Shown: positions 1-12,100 of the stretch, piece by piece
Layout: every line of letters begins with the position of its first letter
How positions within the stretch are numbered: position 1 is the first letter of the stretch
NCBI GenBank assembly: GCA_905178155.1
Contig: CAJINV010000001.1
Location: forward strand, 15,438,142-15,502,141
Direction: 5' to 3'
DNA length: 64,000 bases
Source: Amoebophrya sp. A120
Lineage: Eukaryota; Protista; Dinoflagellata
Made by a program: the position numbers and the translations under genes
Notes under the pieces: model-generated
The model's database searches: none
The model's input: only the letters and a program-made list of their open reading frames with translations
Told to the model about the DNA's origin: nothing

Positions 1-2
1 CA

Positions 3-236
3 CAGAAAACGAGAACGATGGCAGCCGCACCGCAGCTGAACAAAGTCAAAAATAAGTGTTTGAATTTGTTTTTGGACGATTCGGTTTTGTCCGAAACGGC
101 CGCGGAAACGTACCTGAACAAGATTGTGGAGAGGAGCAAACAAGAAGATTCGGAGGGGGTTGGTGGCGGTGGCCGTGGTGGGGTCGGGGGACGAGTGGTA
201 AAGACAAGTTACAATCCGAATCGGTACAACACGTAG
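3..236 (+). CDS. Probable 3' end of a gene running in from upstream (hypothetical protein)
   Basis: Frame is open from the window start to TAG at 234-236 (...NKCLNLFLDDSVLSETAAETYLNKIVERSK...), same strand as all other genes; no recognisable domain. Confidence 0.35.
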   Translation, partial: QKTRTMAAAPQLNKVKNKCLNLFLDDSVLSETAAETYLNKIVERSKQEDSEGVGGGGRGGVGGRVVKTSYNPNRYNT

Positions 237-1066
237 TGACGACCACACGATGCGTTTTGTATCTACTTTGAGGATAACCGAGGAACGCGACAAGAACACG
301 CTTGTCCAAATTGGTTCTGGACTGGACGTGAGTCGTTTCCTTGTCGAGGGAGCGCACAGATTCAAAGAATACAATTAGAGCATACGAATAAGAAAAAAGA
401 CGTCTTTAGCGACGCCCTGCTCACCGGTGTCGACACGCTAGTAGTCAGGTTTCTTCGCGAAAATCCTCCCAAGTGAGTTTAAGTAAGGCAAGCAGTTGGT
501 TTTGATAGTTTAGGACTGAGATCATGTCGCTGCCAAATAATAGAAGTTGCCGGAAATCAAATAAAAACGATGTCAAGATCGAAGTCATGTTCATGATGTG
601 CAGCGCAGGTGTCGTCTATCGGCGGCACGAAGATCGTAGAAAAGTCAGCCAAGTGATTTTGAACAGTGAGGCACTCAGATCTGCGTTCAAATGTGCAACA
701 TGCAATCTAGATCCCAAATAGAATAAAACGGGCTTAATAATCGTCGCTCCGTCACGATCACGTGCCTTACCAGAGCACGGCGGTTCAGAATTTGCAAATA
801 GTGGATCAGCAGATCGCGGCTCAGAATTCATGTGGTAGCTCTCGAACCATTACTGGAAAATTCAAATTGTTGACTACGACCAAACTACTTCTCTCGATTG
901 ACTTTCTTAGTTCGCAATTGAAGCTATGACCATCATCATTCTCACCACCCCAGCATAGAACATACCGGAAACGAATAGCGTTCTAACACACTAGCGTCTT
1001 CAATAGAGCCTATCCGTATTTTAACCTCCCGCACAGCGTTTCTCGCAAAGCCCAGAAGCAATCAAA

Positions 1067-3025
1067 ATGAAGGTGAAGATGAAGAAGAAGGTTCTGGTGA
1101 AAAAGAAAAAAGGTTCGCTCAAGAAGCAGGCCGCTCCTGCTGCTCAAGAGACTGTCGCGCCTTCCAAGACTACTGCTACCAAGACTAGGCAGGTTGCGGA
1201 CATTGCACCCGTCCACTTAATACAAGAAGAGAAACAAGTGGCAGCAGATGAAAATGGTGCAAGCGAAGATGCTGACATGGAAAGCGATGAGGAAGGTGCG
1301 GCATCTACTGGAGACAACGATGACATCGACGAAATGGATGCTGATGATGTCGTTCCGGTTGAGCAGAAAAACCAGCAGAAAGGCGGTTCTTCGTCCTCCA
1401 CAGGCTCTTCTTCAAAAGTAGATTCTAATGAATCCGAAAACGCAAAGCAAGACATCGAAAACGCAACTTTTGCCTCGCTCGGCGTGTGTCCGGAACTTTG
1501 TCAGGCGGTCGAGGTTCTCGGATGGAAGCAGCCCACGGAAATCCAGCGTGTCAGTATTCCCCCGGCACTGGAGGGCAGGGACATTATCGCGCTGGCGGAA
1601 ACGGGAAGTGGGAAGACCGGCGCGTTCGCACTGCCGATCGTGCAGGCATTGCTGGACAAACCACAGCGGTTTTTCTGTGTGGCGCTGAGTCCGACGCGAG
1701 AACTGTGCGTGCAAATCGGGGAACAGTTCAAGGCACTCGGTGCAGCGATCTCATTGCAGGTATGCGTGCTGTTGATGAAGATACAAAATGCGGCTGCTTT
1801 TTAATTTTCTGAATCATTCCGTACGGTTCTCGTTTTTCAGTAAATTATGCAAGAAACGAAAATGTTCATCCGATAAAAAATCGATTTTCAATATGACACC
1901 TTCATCAGGTTTGCGTAATTCTCGGTGGCGTCGACATGGTGACGCAAGCTCAGCAGCTGGCCCAGCGGCCGCATGTTGTGGTCGCGAGTCCGGGTCGGCT
2001 TGTGGACCACTTGGAGAACACAAAGGGGTTTCACCTCCGCACGCTCCAGTACTTGGTCATGGACGAGGCGGATCGGCTCTTGTCCGAAGATTTCGAAGAA
2101 GCGCTGGACAAGATTTCGCTGGTCGCCAACCCGAAGGAGCGGAAGACCTACCTTTTCTCCGCCACCATGACCAGCAAGGTGGCCAAGCTGCAGCGGGCGT
2201 GCCTGAAGAAGCCGGTCAAGTTGGAGGTCTCGTCAAAGTACGGCACGGCCAAGGGGTTGATTCAGAACTATCTTTTCCAGCCGCTGAAGTACAAAGCGGC
2301 GTGGTTTGTGGCGCTGGTGAACCACTTTAGCAACTACTCCATGATGGTGTTTTCCGACACTTGCAAGGAAACGCACCGCATGGCCTCCATTCTGCGGGAG
2401 CTCGGCTTCTCAGCTGTGGCCCTGCACGGACAGATGCCACAGGTTCAACGACTCGGGGCACTGAACCAATTCAAGAGCGGGCAAAAAAAGATCTTGGTAT
2501 AATACTTAAACTTTTTTTTTGAATCTTGTTGCGCGAAATTAGAATTTATTGCATGGCACACTTTCTGAAGTTGAGTACTATCTCTGTCTTCCATGATCGT
2601 CCTGCTTGTGACAAATAAATCCAAAAAACATCACTTACCAGATCGCTACGGACGTTGCTTCCCGAGGTCTGGACATTCCGTCGGTGGATGTCGTCATAAA
2701 CCTGGACATTCCGAAGAACAGCAAGGACTACGTGCACCGCGTTGGTCGAACAGCGCGCGCCGGGCGGGCGGGCCGCGCCATTACTTTCGTTACACAGTAC
2801 GACGTCGAGGGCTTCCAGAAAATCGAAAACTCGTTGGGCAAAAAACTCCCGGAGTTGCAGGACGTCCGGGAGGAACAGGCTTTGGCTTTTCACGACCGAG
2901 TGCAGGCGGCCTGTCGCAAAGTCGACCTCGCGGAACGCGAAGAGCGTGAGGAGGGCGGGGGTAAGGGGAAAAAGAAAATGCTGCAGCATTATTCCTCCAA
3001 GAAGCACCGGGGAAAAAGGAAGTGA
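1067..3025 (+). CDS. RRP3: DEAD-box RNA helicase DDX47/Rrp3 (18S rRNA processing); exons 1067-1759, 1909-2496, 2642-3025
   Basis: Q motif (GWKQPTEIQ), [42 protein letters not shown]. The segment [21 protein letters not shown]...[13 protein letters not shown] is typical of DDX47. Two GT-AG introns (1760-1908, 2497-2641) join the frames. Confidence 0.93.
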
Positions 3026-3538
3026 ACTTGTTGTTTCCATCGAAAAGATGCTCCGCACTCTCTGGATCTTCTCTTGTTGCGACGCGACTTTCTGAAACAC
3101 TGCATTTTAGAACGACAAAACTAACGAATTCAATTATAATGCGAAAATCCACTCGCACTCGCGGCACGGCGACACGCGGATCAGCCGGTTCTTGGTCGAC
3201 ACGTGCATCGATTCGTGCTGATGTTCAGTGGGCGACGGATTGTTCTCAATCCACAATAGTTGTCGTTGCTTTTATAGGTTTTCTGTTCATCATATGTTCT
3301 TTACTGCTTTCGAATGCGACAGCGAAACATCGATCGCGGTGATGATTTTTGCTTGGTACCTAGCCAATTTCTGATTTACAGCTAGAGTCGCTCTTTTGGA
3401 TATTTGGTGTGTGTTAAGTGGAATCCCGTATTTGGTATTGGTCAGATATCTGTCTTTTTGATGATTTCGTACGGTTCTTGTTGATTGCGCTTGTAAATAA
3501 TTGACGTTTTTGGCAAAACTGCAAGAAACGCGTTCAAG

Positions 3539-5578
3539 ATGCCTCGGGAAACGGCTTCACGGTCACACAGACTGCGTGATCATGAAGATGTCTACTACGA
3601 CGAGGAGAGCTTCTCGCGGAAAAGAGAACATCTGCTGAACAGGAACGCAAGCCACCACGGTCACACTATTGATTCCCGTGACAGAAGAAGAAAGAACTAC
3701 GCGACCGAGGGAGAATTCTTGCAGGACGAACATGGAGACACCTATAACTACAGCACCAAGGAAAACTCCAGAGGCGGGCACCATCAAAGCCGAAGCGGGG
3801 GCAATAGGACAACAGCAAGAACGCGGCAAGACAGGGTTCAGGGCGAGTGCGACGCCAGTCTGCAGCGGATGTGTCAGTATCTGGAGCAATCCGACGAGAT
3901 GAAAAACGCGATTTTGCATCGCATGGCAACCAGCTCCGAGAAAATGGAGCGGATCGCCCGCAACAACGAATACATCAACGCCGATATCGACCGGGGAGAC
4001 GCGTTGTTGGACCAAATGTCCGGCAACAAGTGCAGCCAGGCGCTGGGCGACCTTGCGGACCGGCTGGATCCGAAGAGCGCCATGTGGAAGAGCATGGTTC
4101 CAGGTGGTGCCGGTTCCAGCGGGTTTCTCCCTCCATCTGTCAGCGGCTTGTTCGGAGACGGTGCGGCAAAGAATTGTTCCGATCGCAATCTCCCCTCGAC
4201 GGGGTCAACTACACCGGAGAGGCCAGGTGGCGTTTCTGCATCGAGCAGCAACAGCAGCGGGAAAAAATCCAGAAAGGGCTTGGGGACGATCGAGGAACAA
4301 GCGGCTCATAGAGCAGGCGGTGCAAGCGGGGGTACAGCTGCGATAGACGTCGGCTCGGAAGAACAGCACGGATTAGACCGTGAAAAGTTCGTGTACGGAG
4401 ACACGTTTAAGATCTACTCCGTCGTGCATCCCTCCCGAAGAACCGCAGGGACGAAGCACAAAGCAGCTGCCAAAGTAGAAGCAGATCATAACAAGACGAG
4501 TGATCAAGACGTCATCGATTGCGACTTTCAGACGACGCCCATTCTGCACCAGGGCTGGCTGCAGAAACGCGGCCGCTATTTCTGGAATGGAATGAAACCT
4601 CGGTACGCCGTGCTGGCCGGCCACACATTGGCCTACGCACCGAGCCCTGGCGATTTGATTCGGCGCCAATTTTCCGGAAAGATCGTACTCGAACCCGGGT
4701 CGGAAGTAAAGGCAACTACACCCTCATCGTCGGCCACTTCCAGTAAGGAAAAGAGTGGAGCTGGTACAAACGGAAACCAGGCCGCCGACGATATGGAGAA
4801 GCCTAGCACTTCAACCGCCTCGTCGACCACGTTCAGCATTACGGGGTGGGATTATTTCGAGTTTGAGCCCGACCTCGACCTGCAAGGGACAACATCGGTG
4901 ACAGGTGCTACAACAGACGCCGCGACAGGCGAAAAGTCTTCCTCGTCAAGTGCAGCGGATAGTCGGTCGAAAAAGCGAATCAAGCCGAAGTGGCGAACTT
5001 GGTTGTTTGAGGCAGAGAATCCAGATTCTTGCCGCATTTGGATGCAATTGCTGTCTCGAGCCGCGTCAGGTCACTACAGCACGGCACTGGTGCCGGGAAA
5101 AGGTAAGTATTGTTTTCGTCCCCTCATTATCATTTTGACGTGCCGGCGCCGCGCGCCTTTCGAGGTTGATGTAAGCGCTGCGTCACGCCTTATTCTTCCA
5201 CTCAGTTACTGACTCCTCGTCCAATGGCCATAATGAAAATGAAATTGCATTGCAGGCATGACCGCTGTTACGGAGGCGCGGCTGCAGAGAGCAGAACTTA
5301 CCGATCGGGAGCGTCGTGCGCTGCTGCAGGGTTACGATGGCGCAACTGGGGCAAACCAGGGGGCAAGCACGAGCTCCTGCACACGCAAATCAAAGGAGGA
5401 CAACAGGTGGGATCGTTTGGAAGCTCTCCTCGACGGGCTACACTGCGGTGCGCAGATCATCGGCCAGGAAGCGAGGAAGCAGTCCCACCTGATCAAAAAC
5501 ATGAATGCCAACTTATCACATTCCGATCGCAGGCTGGCCGACCAACAGGCCCGCATGAAGGACATTATGCGGAAATGA
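3539..5578 (+). CDS. SNAP-25/Sec9-like Qbc-SNARE with an inserted PH domain; exons 3539-5102, 5256-5578
   Basis: N-terminal SNARE-like heptads (SLQRMCQYLEQSDEMKNAILHRMATSSEKMERIARNNEYINADIDRGDALLDQM), PH motifs (LHQGWLQKRG...PRYAVLAGHTLAY; WLFEAENPDSCRIWMQLL), C-terminal Qc-like helix (WDRLEALLDGLHCGAQIIGQEARKQSHLIKNMNANLSHSDRRL). GT-AG intron 5103-5255. Confidence 0.72.
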
Positions 5579-6670
5579 TTATGTGAATGTGAAGCAAAGG
5601 CTGGAGGTCCTGGTGCTGTTGCAGTTGATCTCACGCAAGTGCTTGACGGGCGAACCGAAGAGGCTGCAATGGTCCAGGTTGGGTTTATGCTCACACTAGC
5701 ACGTCGCAACTTTGTACTGAGTAATTGCAGTGTTTAATTTGAATGAGTCTTGGCGTTGCAGTGATGCTACGACTGCTAGGTCTACTTCTCCGAAGACGTG
5801 AGAATGAAAAACAATACAAAAAAAGAATGTGTGCGCGCGGAGATGAATTCTGAGCGGGATGCTCCGCAATTGCTTGGCAGGAAAAGATTTTGCTGTTCAC
5901 TTCTAGTAAAAATCAATGTCAATGTGGTACCGGTGGATGTGCAAACTTTATGTCACCAAGGAAGCAGAACAAGAGAGGCGGTCTTTGCGACACAGAAACG
6001 ACCACGAGTTCAGTCTGCTTCTGTTTGCGTGAAGGTCTTTACTACACAAGCACAGCTGCTGACTTTTGCGCAATCTCTTTACCAGTACTACTCTACAAAA
6101 CTAGGCTACGGGAGGAACAAATTGTACATGTGCAATGATGAAATTTCAAAACAAATGTAATGCTTAAAAACTGGACCGGCACGCTCACACACTCATTAGA
6201 AATGAACATGATGGATTGAGCTCGGACAAAACGCACCCGAAACCCTTCTGCGGCGATCTGCAGCGACGTAGAACAACGGCAGTGACCAACAGAATACCGG
6301 GAGATCAATCCGTAATTGTTCGTGTCTTGTCTCCTTTCCTACTCCGCCGCAGACGTCACCACAGGGCCAAGCAGTCCGTAACTTCGCTGACGCGCAAGGC
6401 TCCATAGCATACCCGGCTTTACAACCTCAGCTCTTGCCCATGCTTCTAGACACGATCGGTGTAGATTACAAAGCCGCGCCATCTTCTTCTAGCTGCACCG
6501 GGGGAACTTCCTCAAGTTGTTCCCTTCCTAGGCTTGCAGACATTCTCGCAAACAAGGAAAAAGAAGCTCACTCTCCAGCTTGTCCTGGAGATATAATTTC
6601 CGTCCGAACCAAATTCCGCTGCGTCAAACCCGAGCAAGTGCTGGCGTAAAAATACCGCAAGAAGAACAGA

Positions 6671-8346
6671 ATGACCGAGCCAACCCTGGTGGACTGCCCA
6701 TCGGCAAGCTGGGAGAAGGTGGACAGCAGCATATTTCAAGTCCGGGGCGCGGAGTACCTTTCAGACAAGGTCAAAACAAACAGTCTCGAAAGCCTTTACG
6801 AGTGCTACCATGTGGCATTCGTTCGGGGAAAGCACGGAAAAATCGACAAGTCAGAGATATACTCCGCTCTCGTACAGCAGGGCAAAGTTAACCTGCGAAT
6901 GAGCAAAACAGGTACATGCACATCAGCTGAGAAGAGCTTCGTCTTTCAATCATGGTGCTGCTATGTTTTTCTGTACGCGTCACCAAGTTCAGGGGCATCC
7001 TGATTTTTCTCACGCAGATACGCACATTGGTATAGACCCACGCATGCATGAGCAATTTCATTCAAAACCACAGAAGCATCAGTACCCGAGTACCTCGTTG
7101 TACACGGCCAGATGCCATGCGTGGGACCCAGCTTACTCGGAGGGAACAGCAAGGACGACTTTGGGTGCTCCCTCATAGCATGGTTCAAGCTGCGAGACGG
7201 TGTCGACCTCGACTGTCCCGCTTTGTCGCTCCTGCAACGAATGCTGGAGCATGGATCGAGTCAGCGAAATGGTATAAGTAGAGTTGGTGTTGTACTCATT
7301 TGGCTGCGCACGTTAATCATGCCAAGGGCATTCGCGTTGTCATAGATTTGATATTTTTGAAAACCAAAAATATCAGGCGTGTCCTTCAAGGCAATAGGAT
7401 TTTGCGAAACGTGGGAGAATCTGGGTATTCCGGACGCTGCGAAAGGCTACAACGGCAAGCCATCACTCATCGCAGATTCACTACGCTTGTGCCACGAGTA
7501 CATATCTATCGTTCTGAGCTCTTGGAGATAAATTGTGGAGCCGAAGCTGAAAGCTTTTTGTGCACTTTCATGTCCTGCCTTTGAGAAAATCGTGGACTAA
7601 CCTACAAAACTCCCCTCTTTGAATGATACAGTAGAAAAGTTTATTGTTCTGCTGTGCGAATTTCACAGCAAGCCTATTAATCCTAAAAACAGAAACAACG
7701 TGGCGATACTAGAGTTTGACGTGCGAAAATGGTCCTACCTTGCGAGGAATTGCCTTCATTCCGCGATGACCAACAAGGAAAAGTCAAAGCTGAACCGAAT
7801 TCGCATCGGCTACCTGATGGAGGGAAAGACGCCCGAGGAGCTGCCGGAGCAGCTCCTGGGATGTTTCGTGATATCGAACATGGTATCAAATGCAAAATCC
7901 TCGTACTCGTACTAATCGCAGATATGCATGACAAATCTGGTTCCCAAGGTAAATCAGCATGACAAATTCCATTTTCCATTCTGAGAAAATTTGTCATGCG
8001 ATTTATACTAGTGCGATACTTTTGCAATGCATACATGGATGTGGACGAGTTTCCCTTCATAGACGCGGGCTCACCCGTATGGCGTTCTCAAGCGTTACAC
8101 TCTCAACTGTTACGTGATTTGTCATGCAGAATGACCATGAGCCGCAAGACGATCAAGCTGCTTCGCATGACAAATTATCGAACGGCTAAACAGCATCTAG
8201 ATCCGTGCCAAATTTGTAATGCAAGACTTGCAAGCTTTCCCCTTTTCCCATTGCTGTTTTCGCATTATATGGGTTTGGGTTGCGTTTGTGGTTTCGGTCG
8301 GTTTAGCATTACAAATCCATGTAACAGTTGCGAATGTAACAGTTGA
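6671..8346 (+). CDS. EDR2 C-terminal (DUF1336-type) domain protein; exons approx. 6671-6911, 7074-7271, 7377-7497, 7669-7883, 8039 onward (3' end uncertain)
   Basis: WEKVDSSIFQVRGAEYLSDKVK, FKAIG, YNGKPSLI, LEFDVRKWSYLAR and IGYLMEGKTPEELPEQLLGCF match the EDR2-C pattern. Three GT-AG introns plus one introner at 7884-8033. Confidence 0.75.
7884..8033. mobile_element. 150-bp MITE-like introner, family A, in the EDR2-C gene
   Basis: TSD CATGG at 7879-7883 and 8034-8038; imperfect TIR (TATCAAATGCAAAA...TTTTGCAATGCATA); homologous to 28120-28269 and 42404-42571. Removing 155 nt joins ISNM to DVDEFPFID. Confidence 0.88.
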
Positions 8347-9147
8347 GAACGCCACAACCCGAAAAGCTGGACAGCGGGCGTCGCGGCAGCGGGATTTTAA
8401 AGAGCCTGTTTGGTTGACTGGGTTTTCTTTATCGATATCGTTTGCGTTCCTGTTCGGAATTCAGTGGAAAGCTTGCAGCGTGCCGCTCGTTCTAATGAAC
8501 TGCGTAAGGAATAATTTTAGATGCGAATCGCACGATCGCAAAATTCGCTGCTGCGGTCACAAATGTTGACACTTGTGTTGCTCACAGCCGTCGTGGTCCC
8601 AGGTTGCCGTTATAATTTGCAGCCGTTAGACCACTCCGAGTCACAGCCAAGCATATGACCGGTAGTGTGAATACGCCAAAGAACAATCCGAGATGACACG
8701 CTGCTGTCGGAGCCGGGGGCGTGGATGACGCGCTCCCTAGAAAAATGCGAACTTTTTCAAAAATTAGTGCCTGTGGCTTCCACCAGGCGCAGGGTAGGCC
8801 AGGGGTTGATTCTTTGTTCAACGAAAAACTTGTACCGGTGGGTGCCGTCCACGGGATTACCGAAGCTCAGTTCTTCTGTGGTTCGCTGAACACGGGCGTG
8901 GTCCTCAGATTTTCGTAGAAGTACCGAAGAGCAGCAGGAGCAGCTGCAGATGGCGCTCTTGTCGTGGTTTGTAGTTGATAATAGTAACTACAACTTGGTC
9001 GCGGCGACGGTCCCGTGTAGGCAAACAACATCACTCACTGGTTCAATTTATCTCGGAGCACGACCAAAATTTCCTAGAATATGCGTTGTACCTTCGAGTT
9101 TGATCTGAACAAGCCACGCCTTCGTTAACCTTTTATGAAACGAAAGA

Positions 9148-12100
9148 ATGTCAGCCAGTCCGGATTCGGGGACCCGGGACGATGAGGCCCTTGCTTTCAT
9201 CCACAAGCAGCACGACAATCTTTTCGCAGAATGGGTGTCGCTGGAGCTCCAGAGACCAGTTTCGGACATTTGGGCACTCAAGCCAGAGGACTTCTGCACA
9301 CTGGTTGGTTGTGGGGGTGGAACAGATTTTGCACGACACACCGGCGAGCAGCAGAAGACGGACATCGGGCTATCCCTGTCCTTCGCAAAGGTGGCCGAAT
9401 CCCATGGCAGGTCTGTCTGCGGAATGGATCTGCTCCGCGCGCTGGACAAGTATGAAAGCAGTTGTCCACAAGTCTTCATACCACCATCCGACGCCGCAAC
9501 ACAAGGCACGAATGAGGAAGATGTTGTAGCAACAGAAAGTGCTAGTTGTCCTCTTGCCTCGTCGACTACCGCACCGCCGGTGCAGATGAAAAGTGGTGAT
9601 GCTACGACCGAAGAACCGGAGGCGGCTACACTGAAGCGGCCGCGCTTGTCGACAGCGGAATCCTGGGACAACGAACACGATCAGTCGCGAGAGGAAGACC
9701 ACATGCTAGAAGCGAGACGCACAGTGCCGTCCGTCGTGATCCCGCAAACAGAACCATTTTTGCCACCGAGTCCTCTCGAAGATCGATTCATGTTCACGCG
9801 GCGCTGTTTGGGGCTGCTCGGTGAAACAAGTTCCCTGTCTCTGATCGCGAAAGATGAAAAAAATTCTCCCGAAGTGAAAATCGCACCTGCGCCAACGCCG
9901 GTCAGCCCTTCGCGCGCAGCTAATGGGACAATTACAAACGGCTGCAATAGCAGCACTGCTACAACACCAACTGCGGCGAGCGAAACTGACCTTCCTGCTT
10001 ACTCAGGAACAGGATTGCAAACAGAAAAGCAGGCAGTATCCGCGTCATTTTGTTCTGTGCAGGAGAAAGAAAACCTGGATGTTCACAAAAAGACCGATGG
10101 TTCCTCGTCAAGCAAGAAGTGCGAAATTCCGTGGTATCTCCTTTACTGCGAGGAAGAACAGCCGCAGACCCCTGCAGTCGCTGAAGGCGTTCCCGTCATC
10201 TTGGAATCCCTCCTAAACAGCCCGACGGAATTGTCTCGTTGGCGATTGCGCCGCTTTTTCCACACCATAATTTTACAGACCTGCCGTGATCGCGGTTTTG
10301 CAGTCAGCTCAAGCGACGAAACTGCTCTGCAAGATGCGCAATGGGACAGATTTCATCTTTCTGTGAAAAGTGCAGACACGACGGAGGAGCAAAAGAAGAA
10401 AGACGAAAAGAGCTGCGGCTTTGATGAAACTGAAAATCTGCGGAAATACGTTTCGCTACTGGTAAAACAGCAGGGGAACGTAAAGGCTGGAGGCGTTGGA
10501 GATGACGTTGTTGATTCCGCCACCTTCTTCGGCCAAAGAAAGTCGTTTCATTTGGGTGCGAAGCCACGCAAGAGCTGCCTGCGAGCGCCATCGCGAGCCA
10601 CACTGCGGCTCGATCCAAAAAGCATAGCGGTACCCGCCATGGCACGGGCTTCATTGGCGCAACAGAAAGGCGTGAAGTTTCTTCAGGTTTTCGCAGACGA
10701 CCAGGCACAGCAAAAGGAGCAAACGACGAGTCCGGCCTCGGCCACCGCAGGAGAACTTTCCGAAAACCTCGCGATTGCCGACCAAAAGGCCGCGAAACTT
10801 TTCGATTGGATAAACGAGGTTTTGATGGTCAAGGAGGCAGAGCGGGCCAGTTTCGTCACGGCACAGATTCAGCTGAAAGCAGAAAGCACTGAGAATATTC
10901 TCGTCGGGGTCGAGCCGGGAATCGGGAAGGAGGAAGGGGAGATGAATCAGGCTGGCGAACAAGAGCCGACTCCGGCAAAAGCCAGCAGCAGCAGCAGTTG
11001 CGCCAGCGAGTTGCGAACGTCCACGTCTGTTGCAATCACTTCGCAAACAGCGAAAGAAGACACGCTGCATAGGCGCAAGAGCCATTTTTCCTCGCATTTC
11101 TCAGAATACACACACAGAGTTGGCAGCTTTACCGACCTGTTGAGCGGCGAAGTTTTGTGCGACCTGGTGTTGAAATTGCTGTTTTACACGCACGACCGGC
11201 CACAGTGGACAACTGCAGTACTTCTGGACTATTTTGATGCTGTACACGGTTATTCCGCAGAAAACAGATATACCCAGCTATCGACTTCTGGCACCCGCAC
11301 CAGGACCAGCGGCACATCATCCTCATCATTTTTGGCCGCTCCTTCGTCAGTAAGGCGTGGCGAGGTCCAACACCTAGACAACATGCGTCGGTTTCTGACG
11401 ATAGCGCGCGAAGTTTGCCGCGTGCCGTTGGAGCTGCTTTTCTCTCTACAGGATTTTCCGTCGCGGAGTGTCCACACCGCGGCTCTGAGCAAAGTTGCCA
11501 GGTGTCTCGAAGCTCTGCGCTATCTCACGATTCCGAAAAGTTGCAGCGTCATCAAGCCGGATCCACTCCCACTTCTCAAGGATGAGAACAAAGACGCTGG
11601 TGAACGTCTTCTCGTACAAGCCACTACAACGAGTCGAGTTCTTCCAGGATCCTCATCGGACGAAAGCGTGATCGCGAAACTTTTGTTTGACAGTGGGCAC
11701 CGCCTCCATGGTGGGCTGTTGGGCCATCCGCAGAGCACCTGGCGAAGCGGAAAGGGCGATCGGATGATGCACCGGCGACTCAGCACCCAATTCACTGCGG
11801 CACACGGAAATCAACACGCTCACCTGTCATCGTCTCGCGACGAGCGAAGCAGTCAACTGAAGAAATCTGGATCGATCCTGGTCCGTGGTGGAAATTCATG
11901 CTCGTTCCCATCTACGCTTTCCCCGCGCAATAGTGCAGTTGCTAGTCTTACTGGCATCGTAGCCGGTGTTGGCTGCAGCAAGCTTGACGTTGGCGGTTTG
12001 CAGCATCAAGACAATAAATCTGATGTTGACCTCGCGCAGCCACCGCATCTCTTCGGTGCCGGCACACTGCTGCGCGGGGATACGAAGTCGTGGTTCCGGA

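Noticed and set aside
6434-6649. 71-aa ORF just upstream of the EDR2-C gene
   Set aside because: No domain and no clear splice link to 6671; may be 5' UTR or an unresolved exon.
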